From contig CM039005.1 in the NCBI GenBank assembly GCA_017499595.2, forward strand, positions 62,001 to 126,000: 64,000 nucleotides of DNA, in the 5' to 3' direction. The translations under genes were made by a program, and so were the position numbers. Shown here piece by piece: positions 47,139-57,777 of the stretch. This DNA is from Psilocybe cubensis (taxonomy: Eukaryota). Position 1 is the first letter of the stretch; every line of letters starts with the position of its first letter. The notes beneath the pieces are model-generated. The model was given only the letters and a program-made list of their open reading frames with translations. It was not told the origin of the DNA and ran no database searches.

Positions 47139-47182
47139 ATTGGTTTACATTGCTTTGTAATCTACTGTCTGTTTAGTTGATG
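47139..47182 (-). repeat. Right terminal inverted repeat of the Plavaka element
   Basis: ATTGGTTTACATTGCTTTGTAATCTACTGTCTGTTTAGTTGATG followed by TA. Confidence 0.85.
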
Positions 47183-47929
47183 TAGGTGTTTGGCTCTCGG
47201 AACCAGTAGAACTTCAATGAAACAATTTGGTGTTTAGAGGGGCCATACAAACAATGAGCTTGTGGGACGGCTTGGTATGCCGTGTCCCTCGGCGTGGCCT
47301 TGCAATAATCTCCGACTCCGCAACCAAGATTTGGCAATACGATCGGCAACGGTTTATGATCGGTAATATCCAATCAAACGGTGAACTTGGAGAAAAACAA
47401 CAATTTTGTCAATTTGGCATGCAATTCATGTTGTTGAACGACCACCAGCGTGACACCACAGCACGCTAGGTGCACTCAATTGCACGCATTTACCACGCAG
47501 GCAGCACGCGACCCACTTTCCCACGAGAACGCGATGGCACGCGACGGCACGCAATAGCACGCAACCCAATTAAGTGCGTGCAATTGGCACGCAAACAACT
47601 GTAATCTGCACGCGATGGCCCCGCAAGCAGTTTATTCTTGCACGCTAGTACGAAATAATGCGTTTTGGGGTAGTTTAATGCAAAAATACGTCCGGATGTA
47701 CCATTAGATAGATTGAACTTTGATTTTGGCATTAATGTTGAATGTTTGAAAGATCTCAAATAAATTAAAAGGTGAAACTCAATGAATTCGTTAAATGAGT
47801 ATCTTGTGGTATGCATTTGTGTTCCTGTTTGGGATCTATGTGTCTTGTTCCTCGAGTTTCACTACCTGATAGCAGACAAGTCTCTGAGTGCAGGTATAAG
47901 CTCCACGCTCAGTTTTTTTACACTATGAA

Positions 47930-48454
47930 ATGACAATGCTTTATTTTGAGCGAGATGGAAGATCTTACTCTTTCAAAGAAGCCTTTACACAAACGAATTT
48001 GACGAGGAAGAGGAGTTTTGGCAAAGCATGGATCATTCTGTTATCCCGCTCGTTTAATTCATCTGAAGAACAACAAGGATTTATTTGGCGTACGCTGGTG
48101 GCGAGGTTGCCAATTCAGGATCCTGGAGTAAAACCTGATACTGTGAGATTTGTGGGTCAATCAAATATAGTTGAATCTTTGTGGGGTGATAGATACAGAC
48201 TTTGTGAGATCCAAGTCAGGTCAATTTGGGAACAAGCATGGAAGATCCCCACAGACAATGATATACTGTCTGATCCATCATTAACTCTTTATTCATGTGA
48301 AGTAGACAAGGCTCTTACACCGGCAAAGAAGAAAATGTATGACCTTCTAGGCGACCCAGAAAAAGTTTATTCAAACCTTGTTCCTGCAAAAGGTTGGCTG
48401 GAAAGCAAGAATAAGGACATCTTCAAAACCATTATGTCATACAAAGTAGGATGA
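47930..48454 (+). pseudogene. Coding remnant inside the outer TIR element
   Basis: 174-aa ORF whose 3' half (CEVDKALTPAKK..PAKGWLE..DIFKTI) is homologous to ~63620-63930, where the reading continues further. Confidence 0.5.
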
Positions 48455-50847
48455 CCATTAATTACTTAGTCCAACTGGATGCATAGCATACTACAATTCT
48501 TGCAGAAAATAGCTTACTATACACTACTCTTCATGTGAGTTTTATACGGAATTTTGCACGCAAATAGCACGCTACCTCAATAACACTGCACGCGTTTACG
48601 TTCCATGCACACGCAACATGTAGCATTTCGCACGCAAAGTCATGTGAAAGACACGCAAATTTGCTGATTCGCATTTATGCGTGGCACGCAAAAATAGGTC
48701 GCACGCGGGCTAACCACGCTGATTTCCTGGTGCCCCGTGGGATCCTGTGCATTGAGTGATTCATGGTGTTTCTACAGATGGTGCTATGTACAATACAGTG
48801 CTATTGTTCTCTTGAATCCACCCTACTGTAGTCGTAAGTAGCGGAAAGCGCAGTTGAGCATGACTTCACCCCGAGTACTAGACTACTCAGCATACAAAGA
48901 ATTGATCCACGGTTGGTCTGCAAAGTGTTGGAGATGGAAAATAGTTTGAACAGGAAGTGAGTGTTGAAAAGCGTACAAAGGGAGATGAAGTGAGTGTCTT
49001 CTGTGAGCTCAAGTGAAAATGTATACTGACCAATTGTTGAGTGCCTTGGCTGATTCTGCGTACAGAGGTAATGTGTCACAATGTTTATTATACACCCCGT
49101 ACTCCCGTTTAACTGATGTGAGTACATTACACGGTGTACAAACAGTAAGGAGCAGTAAAAAGACAATTGGATAATTACTACGCAGATGAGAATGTCAAAA
49201 ACGCTGCCGATAGCGCAACCTTAGTGCCGTCTACTCTTCCTCCCAGATGTTTCACTCGAAAACCCATGCAATTCATATTTTGTGCCCCAATTATAAGACT
49301 AATTCAATCCGTCAGATACTGCTACTGCGTAAACTGTGCACAGCGCGTCGCCTACAAACGCAACGCAAGTTAAGAGGGCAAGCTCAAGGCTGTTGGCATG
49401 GCCCGAGCGCGTGAACATCACCGGCTGACTAATCCTAGCCTCGCGAGCCAGGCCTTCTGTGAATCTCGTCTCTTTTCTAGATAAGGCAGGTACCGAGTGA
49501 TATGTTTGTACAAATGTTGTCTTTATTTATGTCGTCAAACATTGATCGGAGTGCGAAAAGAGAGAGATTCACAGAAGGCCTGGGACAAACGGTTTGGATT
49601 TGAGGGAATCCTCGTTTTGTGACTCGGACTTAGTGAAAAAAACACGATTTGCCTCAACAACAACCTTCCACAACTTAAAAAAAAGTTGTCTACAGAATCA
49701 TTTAGATAGGTTTCTTTTATAATAAAATTCATTTTTACAAGGTCACGAAAAAAATTTTTTTTGAGAAAAAAATGACTTGTAATTTGAGCCAAAAAATCAT
49801 ATATCATGGCGCAGGTGAACTGCTTCTAAGATTAGATGGCAGGTCCGGGCGGTTAATGAACCCAGTCTCTGCAGATAAAACAGACAATGAAAGGGACATA
49901 CCTACACATCCCACCTCCATCAAAATTGAACCTCTGGATACCCAGATTGTCCCAAATACAGTCTCTACATCCTCTGTAAATTCAAATTTCAAATCATGCT
50001 TCAGCTTCAGACAGTATGGGCGAGTCTAGCATGCAGGGTTTGACCTTGACATGGATCTTGAGGAAATAGAGGAGGAGTACGATGTTATTGAGGATTCAGA
50101 GGATTCAGAATTTTGAGGGGGAGGAGGACGGGTAGTGGTCGCAATCGAGTACGACGCGGGGTAGTTGGTGACGTAGTTACGAGTCTTTACGTAAGTAAAG
50201 ATGAGTTCTTTTATCCCCACAACCCAGCGAGCAAAAATGTCCTCGCCAATTGTCCCCATCAAAATATTATTGATGCGATCAATGTCGTTACCGCTATTGG
50301 TATTTTCCTTAAGCGGTCACCGGACCCCCTAAGCAACCCCTTTCCAATTCATTCTACGACTTCTTTTTACCATTGGTTACTTTAAAGGTTGTTTTTGATT
50401 TGTTTTGATCGCAATGTGAATGTGCGTTTCCATAAAATTAATTATACCCAACAACAATAGTCCTACTCAATTCACTTTTTTGCATTGTTGTTTAATTTTT
50501 AAAACCATGTGGAACCGTCTAGCCAACGTGCTTATATATTGTACTAATACTTAGAGATGGAACAAATGCACTCTTTGAACTATGGGTCTGAAAGGTTGGA
50601 AATAGAACTGTGCAGGCACACACGTTCCTTGATATCGGTAGCTTCATCAATCAGAGTTCAAATAGAAATAATTATGCGTTCTTGGGTTCTGGGCGTTCTG
50701 TACTATTTGAATTTGATTTTCTGATTCATGATCGTTTCTCACGCATACCAATTTGTTCTTCCCCTATGTCGGGCGTCTATCGGCTTACGGTTAATATATT
50801 TATTGACGTAGTATAGACAATGCACTTTTCTCCGCACTGTTTTACCC

Positions 50848-53803
50848 ATGGCTTCCGCGTTATCCCCCCGTTTCCAACAGTATGTTCACTGTTTTATCTC
50901 ATTTGGTTATTACTTATTTTTTAGAGTCTTTCCGCCTCCCATGGACGATGTGTACATGGATCAGATGGATCTGAAAACCCTCTACCGTTTCTCTTGGACT
51001 TGCAAGGAGCTAAACAACCGCGTTTCGGGCTATATGCGCCGCGCCTTCCGTCCCAAAAATTTATTTGCTCTTATCTTCAAACCCAATGAACATTTGCTGT
51101 TTCGTCTTCTCCAGTTCAAGACTGGCCTGGTTATTTCAGGTTCTACCGTTTTGCATTTTACTTGTTTTAGTGGTCCAACGCAAAGCGTGGCATGACAAGA
51201 CTTTACATCTCACAATTGTATAAAATATTTTTTAATCTAGATTTATATAACATAGTTAATATATATTAATATGTTCTGAATGCACAGCCAGATACTGGGC
51301 AAGGTTATGATTAATTACTATGACTTAGGTCTACTACAAGCTTAGTTGTGTCAGACACAAAAAATAGCTGCACAGGTTATAAGGCCTAATTGTAAGGAAG
51401 AACTTGTCTATTATAATTTTCATACCTGCTAAATATTGAAGAATTCCAGATCTGCTGGGAGAATCCCGTATGGAAAACTGATGGAAGAATGCTCATGTGT
51501 ATGGCTGCCCAAGTGGGGACATATTTCCCATAAATATAATTTTCTTATTTTTGAAAAGTGCATCAAGAGTGAAACAATATTGTGTGCAAAAACATTTGTT
51601 TGGTGCGCATATTTCTTTTTGGCATAGTTTGATGTTGCTGTGAACACAATTGGCTGTGTGAAAACATATTTCAAGCATAATTTGCAAGTGTTAGTGCATT
51701 ATTTCTTCCCCAAAATACATTCAATGCATGGAAAACATTATTCAAAATGACCATCTCTTGACTAAAGTGGCCAGTGCTCAATGCAAATTGAGTGTAGTGA
51801 CCGTGGGAATATCCTGCGTACAGTGTGCGCAGGATATTCCCACGACCTGCTTATTAATTCACGGCCAGTACAAACACCACAGCAAGTAAAATATAATAAG
51901 ATCATCTAAACTAGGACTGAAAATAATTATTATTGCCAAAAATACTTGTATTTTACCTAAAGTATATGCAATGCATCTCAGTAATATATCAGGAATTACC
52001 AGAGAAGTTCAAGTTGCTCAATGCAAAGTGCGGCAACCGTGAGAATAACTTGCATACACTATATGCAAGTTATTCCCACAGTCTGCTTATTAATTCATGG
52101 CCAGTATGAACAGCACAACAAGTTTAATATGACAAGTTATTTGAAGTGGCATTAAAGATAATAGCTAGATACATAATGTTTATTATTCTTTATTCTATGC
52201 CACCACAGTCTGCTAGTCATTCATGCTAAATTTTTTTTGATAACAATAAAGCATTCTATTTACCTCTACTTGCCGTTAGAGGTGTATAAAGCATGCAAAA
52301 CAGTTGGTATGTAATTGATTGTGACTAATTAATGGCCTTAAATCAGTTGAATGAGGTCATTATTATAAAATTTTTGGTTATGAGCGATGATTATCTGCGT
52401 CAAAATGTTTAACTTGCAATTAAAAAGTCATAATGTAATGGTATCTAATTTTGTTTTCTACCATATGGCAGCTAACCTATCTACCTAGCTAATATCTAGT
52501 ATTTTAATTTCCATATCCCCTTGGTAGGAACAAAAACTAACAGAAATTCTATGATAGTAACCGATTATTAAGTCAAGCATACCGGTTAAGTAAAAAACCG
52601 GTATTAATCACGCAATTTTGATGGCATCAATGATTTACTGATGGGGACAATTGGCAAGGACATATTTTTGTACAGTGGGTTGTGGGGATAAAAGAACTCG
52701 CTTTACTTACATAAAGTTTCGTAATCAATCGTGCTAATATATGGATTCCGGGTGACATGGACATGTATGTCGAGCACAGATATGCTCTTCCCGTTCTTTC
52801 CTGGATGATGTCCATTGGATTTACTATCATGCCGCATCCCAAATATCCGGACAACACCACAGCGGAAAAAATTTTGAAAATGGAAAAAATCGTCCTTCAG
52901 AAACATCCTCTTCATCAACATTACAATACCACTGGAGTGGTCGTTAACCTATGGTGCCAAGGTTCTTTTGTCCAACTGATTACGACTTGTCAATCGGTGG
53001 TAGAGTGCATTTTGGGGTATCATAGCAGTATGTCCCCAATGTCATGTGTCAAAACAATGTTAACTTCAATTTTGTTCTACTGCAGCCAGCGTCATGAATT
53101 TTGTTACCTTTGAGAAGGTGTACAGCTTGTATCCAAATGCTACCTTTGGACATCAAGTCTCTCTGTTGCAATCTTCCGCCGACCTCAAGCGCGCGCAAAA
53201 ATTTCTTGCAAAATATCATTCCCGTGGCTTGAAATTTGTTCTTTCTATTCCATCGCAAACTTTGAAAATGGACTGCCATATCCAAAGCAGAATACAGTCT
53301 ATCAGGGACAACATAAATGTTGGGTATAGTTCATCTCGCGGTCATGTTCTCGTTGTGCTGGATTACGATCCTTATCCAGAGTTGTTCTCTCCTGGGATTA
53401 GACGGGTTGGCAACAGGCATTGTTGGGTTTATTCTTTGCCTCTTTTACCCAAAGCAAATCAGACTTCCTTTGTTGAAGCCAATTCGTGGGCATTGTTGCT
53501 CAATGAATTTGATTGTTTGCATTTTGGTGTCCGTCGCATCAGCGGTATCGCATTAGATTTTCACTACACAGCGGCAGATGTTTACCAATTACACAAGCGT
53601 GTCAAAAAAGCTATCAAATCCTGGGAAAGGGGTATAAGGTGTGTGCTCTTTAGTTTTAATATTTGTCAATTTAATTCCTGTAATGTAGGCAAAAAGATGA
53701 CCGTGTACATGCAACTGTTTTGTATTTGCTATCCAGAAAGGCAGATATTTTTTGGTTGCATCGCCCTCAACCACAAAGCCTCTTGTGGAATGGATATTTG
53801 TAA
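50848..53803 (+). pseudogene. Hypothetical gene with F-box-like N-terminus and GS..DxD nucleotidyltransferase-like motif, split by an insertion
   Basis: Joining 51160 to 52725 restores ISGSTVLHF-I-NRANIWIPGDMDMYVE in frame; downstream VQLI..ILGYHS..VMNFV..YSLYP..KYHSRG..RRVG. Confidence 0.65.
51161..52724 (-). mobile_element. Non-autonomous Helitron-like insertion (1564 bp, AT-rich)
   Basis: Inserted between A and T with no TSD and no TIR. On the minus strand it starts TT and ends with hairpin CCACGCTTTGCGTTGG (51175-90) ~14 nt before CAAG (canonical end is CTRR). Confidence 0.55.
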
Positions 53804-53899
53804 TTTCTTCCATTTTTAGTCAAATTTTTGTTCGAAATAAACTTGTGTTCTCGTCCTCATTCTTTTTGTCTTAATTTGTAAGTTTGACTTGCGGGTGAG

Positions 53900-54082
53900 C
53901 GTGGGAATATCCTGCGTACAGTGTACGCAGAATATTCCCACGGTCAACCTCTCCCGATATTCAGCCGAGTGTGGGAATATTCTGCGTATAGTGTACGCAG
54001 AATTCTCCCACGGACTTCCTCGCCGATATTCAGCCGAGTGTGGGAATATTCTGCATACAGTGTACGCAGGATTCTCCCATGG
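53900..54082. repeat. Three tandem ~70-bp units, each containing a ~41-43-bp palindrome
   Basis: CGTGGGAATATCCTGCGTACA-G-TGTACGCAGAATATTCCCACG at 53900, with variants at 53971 and 54040; the same palindrome occurs at 51802 and 52038. Confidence 0.85.
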
Positions 54083-57000
54083 GGTGCCAACTAAAACGCG
54101 TCGTCTGTCTCGTCGTCTCGTCTGGCTTCAGCGGCGCCTCCACAAACGACCCTTCGTTATTAGTACGTGTCCTTTTGGTTCCTGTTTTACTGTAACTGAT
54201 ATGTCTGATTTAAATGTCCCCTTTTCGAAAATCAATATCTCCACCGCCTCTTCATATTCGACTAGGGATAACTGGTGCATACAAACGCAAGAATAACGGT
54301 TTCTGTTACGATGCACAATGTATACACTACCGTGTATGCACCCCAAAACGAAGCTTGAGCCATTCTGTGCGTGTTTCTCTTTTTTCGCACTCTCCGTCCG
54401 TTGATTTGGCCATAATACCAGCCTGTACAGGCTGAGAAATAACGATAACAATGTTCTGGAAAAACCAACAAGACGACCACTATCGCGAAGGATATGTTTG
54501 TGCTGGAAGGGATACCAGATGCAGTGTGCGGTGAGCTCTTTTCCTTTTCTCAATACAAAACCCCCATCCAAAACCGCCCACATCACCTACACTTCTAATG
54601 AAATCCGCACGTCCCACCAATGCCCATCATCTGCGTACCATCCATCCCATCCCGATCCTAACACTTTCCGACACCGGGATGCTCTCACACCGAGTCATCT
54701 CGACCTTCATTGTGACCAAATCGTGTAATAACAGCGCAACCTTGAATTGCGTTGTCGACACGAAGTGGCACGCTTTGCAGCTCGAGAAGATTTTAGGAGG
54801 GGAGCGCGGGGAACTACGTGTGCTCAACGGCGTGCTGCTGCACAAGATTTTACACACCCGATACATCACCCACGGCGGAATATTCTTCCAGGTTGTCTGT
54901 TCGAGTGCGGGAAGGGGATCCAACCGAACTTCATGATCACGGAGGAGGATTTATTTGGTGCGTATCTTTGCCTCAGCTTCTCTCTGAACGATGCATATTG
55001 TATGCAACAATCGCTTAGTGCATTTGTGCCACGTATGCAAGTTATATAACACCCGCATAATGCTCTGTGTTGGGCCCACCATTATCAACACCCCAAAGCG
55101 CTAGTTCGAACAGAGGCTCAAGCAAGAGAGCGCGAGCGCGAGCGCGGGTTGATTTCAATGGAAGAATCGGTTCTCAACAAGGACACCAAGCACACTGATA
55201 ACTCACATTAACGCTCAGAAAAACAGCTCTTTGGAATGCTGCATGTACGCACCACCTTCATCGATCCAACGTTCCACCTCCACCACCTCTGTTTCTCTAC
55301 GTCCTCGCCCGACCTGGCCCTCGTCAACTGCATTTCCACATCCTCCCCTATCCCCTGTTCTTTTCCTCGGTCTCCCTGGCCATTTCAGTTAACGGGAACG
55401 AAACTGCGAGTATGAACGAGAAAAGGTAAGTCGCGCAGCCAGACTCCCCGAAGTGCTATGAACGCATATAGGCACTGAGATCTGAGTCGACGGGTTGTAC
55501 GCGAGTGTAGATGCATGTAGATGCGTGTGGGCCTGAGGGGGGTTAGAATGGGGGTAAAAATGCAGTAAGTTGTCGATCTTGAGGATGACTCGGGTGTTAG
55601 CCCACGGGTTTGAGAGAGGGAGGTATGCGTGTTTGTGGGTGATCGTAAGTAAGCCTTTATACTCTGTCTGATGCTTATAATCTTCACCGCTATTCCCCGT
55701 CTTCAAATCTCCTTCGCATGCGATTTTTCATCATTCAAATTTGTCTCACCGAGTCTGACACCCACACGAAAGCCAAGGAAAACACTCGAGCAGACTTTGT
55801 GACTTAAACAAAACGTCCAGAAGAGCATACATACGAATGCGACATCATTGAGGTGAAAACGACACCACACTCGACCCTCTCCCTCTTATTTCCATCACCT
55901 GAGGTCCTCTCCTGTCGGAGGAAGATGGGTGTGGTGCAATGAAGTTGTGGCGCTTTCGTGTCAGGGACGAGCTAGCTGGATTACAGTGCCCGTAAGCAAT
56001 CTCGACCAAACACTAAACCCTTCCACTCCATTTGAAGTTTAACCCATCTTCTACACCACCAACACCACTTCCTCTTCCATAACCTCGTCAGCTGCGCCTC
56101 CTGTAGCATCACGCTGCTCTCGATCCCAATCCCACTCCGCCCCTTTTTTGTTGTCGGGGGTATACACTTGATTCAACATTGTTGTTTATCAAACAACAGT
56201 CCACTCCCACTAGAATAGACGAGGTGACATATTCTATTACTGTCTCGTTGATGAGAGAGGTGAGCGTTCGATTAAGTTGAGTGTGTTCGTTGGTTTCTTT
56301 TTCTTTTTCTTTGCAGGGAAGTGTTGTCGTGTCGTCTTGCATTACGTTGCGTTGCATTGCAGTGCTTCTGGATCGTTGGTCTGGTGAGCCACATTTGTCT
56401 TTTTCCACCAACTTATAGAGATGTAGTGTATCGATTCGATTGTATATAACCACCACTAACTCTTCCTCTTGCTTCCCCTCCCTCCTTATCCCGCTCATCT
56501 CATATGTCCTCTCATTCAGCTGGCAGGGTTCTGCAAAAAATTTGTGGCATTGCCTGCAACGTCCTGCAGGCATCCAGGTTGGTGCATGGTGCGCGCTTTG
56601 AAAAGTATCACGAATATTCTCATTGTTAAGAACGTGGGTTGTTGAGAGGCGGAATAAATGGTATGTTCTTCAGTCCTCAATTGTTGCATTTTTGCAATAT
56701 ATGTTCACGGCATGAAGCCGACTTTGAGTCATACATCTTGCTGTGTCACGTATATCACACAGTGCGATTTTGACGCTCGGGTTGTCCTATCACATCGCAC
56801 CAGCTTATGCACATTGCTCACTTCAAACAATGAGCGTCTTCAACGGTGCGTGCGGCGAGTCTTGTACTTGTTGTGGCGCATTTGCATTTGGCGGTTGTAT
56901 ACTGATGGACACCTGTTTCGGTCGCTGGTGTGTGGGTGTGTGGATTTGGGTGTTTGTGTGCAGGAGGGACATATAAGGAGATGTAAATGCAGAGGGTGAG

Positions 57001-57777
57001 TCCGAGGCTGATTTACACGGGTTGCTTATCCTAACCTCAATATCAGCAGTACCACTCATCCCCGCTTTTTAAGCAAGCAATATGCACTGCATAGTGTGAA
57101 CAATGAGCGTAGAATCTGCAGGATTATGTTACTAACTAGGTTTGGAACACGCAAAGTTCCATTTCAAGTTGTACATTTCGAGGTTATTACACGGTGATTA
57201 CTGTCTACCCATACCGTGTCACAGGACTAACATGAAAACATGCCCCGTCCTAAAATTATTCGACCTCATCCCCTCAATTTCTCCCTGCCACTGTCTCCCG
57301 GTCGCTTCATCTCGGCATCCTCGATGACATGTGTGTCTCCCCCCACAACAATAGATAATACGTTGTGGCTATATATACTCACCAAAATCACACAGGCCGC
57401 TGTCCACCGCCCGTCTCAATTGACCGCAAGTTTTGCACGCCGTGAAGCTTTCCTACCGTGATACTAGGGTTATTGTAGAGACCAGTATCCTTATGTATTC
57501 CTTGGTGTAGAGCAAAAATTCACTATTGCTTTGAGATACAGTTTATAGTACATTGCAACTCGGTTTCTCACAGAAAGAATAAAAATATGCCGTGCGACAT
57601 AACTTAAAAATGAACGGGTGAGCATCGCCTCGAGGTATCCTCATGACCAACACAGCCTGCGTGTAGGTCTCCCACCCTCGCTACGGGCCTTCCTCGCCTT
57701 CCCTCCTTCCCCTCTAGCTTCCACCTCCCCCCACACATATTTCTTGCCTACCTGTATTTCCCTCCGTCTAGCTGAGT

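Larger units (their letters stand above)
17673..47182 (+). mobile_element. Large multi-gene Plavaka-type DNA transposon (~13.1 kb after removing the LTR nest)
   Basis: TIRs CATCA..GTAGATTACAAAGCATTGTAAACCCAAT and ATTGGTTTACATTGCTTTGTAATCTAC..TGATG, flanked by TA at 17671-72 and 47183-84. Removing the element and one TA restores spacing identical to the empty site at ~62935-62965. Encodes a Plavaka transposase. Confidence 0.85.
17318..48737. mobile_element. Outer non-autonomous TIR DNA element (~1.9 kb net), host of the Plavaka insertion
   Basis: Left end CGGGCATACAGAAATCAGCGTGG; right end reverse complement CGGGGCACCAGGAAATCAGCGTGG; GCACGC-rich subterminal motifs. 17318-17670 joined to 47185 onward is colinear with the uninterrupted copy at 62589+. 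Left flank TA, right flank TG (imperfect TSD). Confidence 0.75.
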
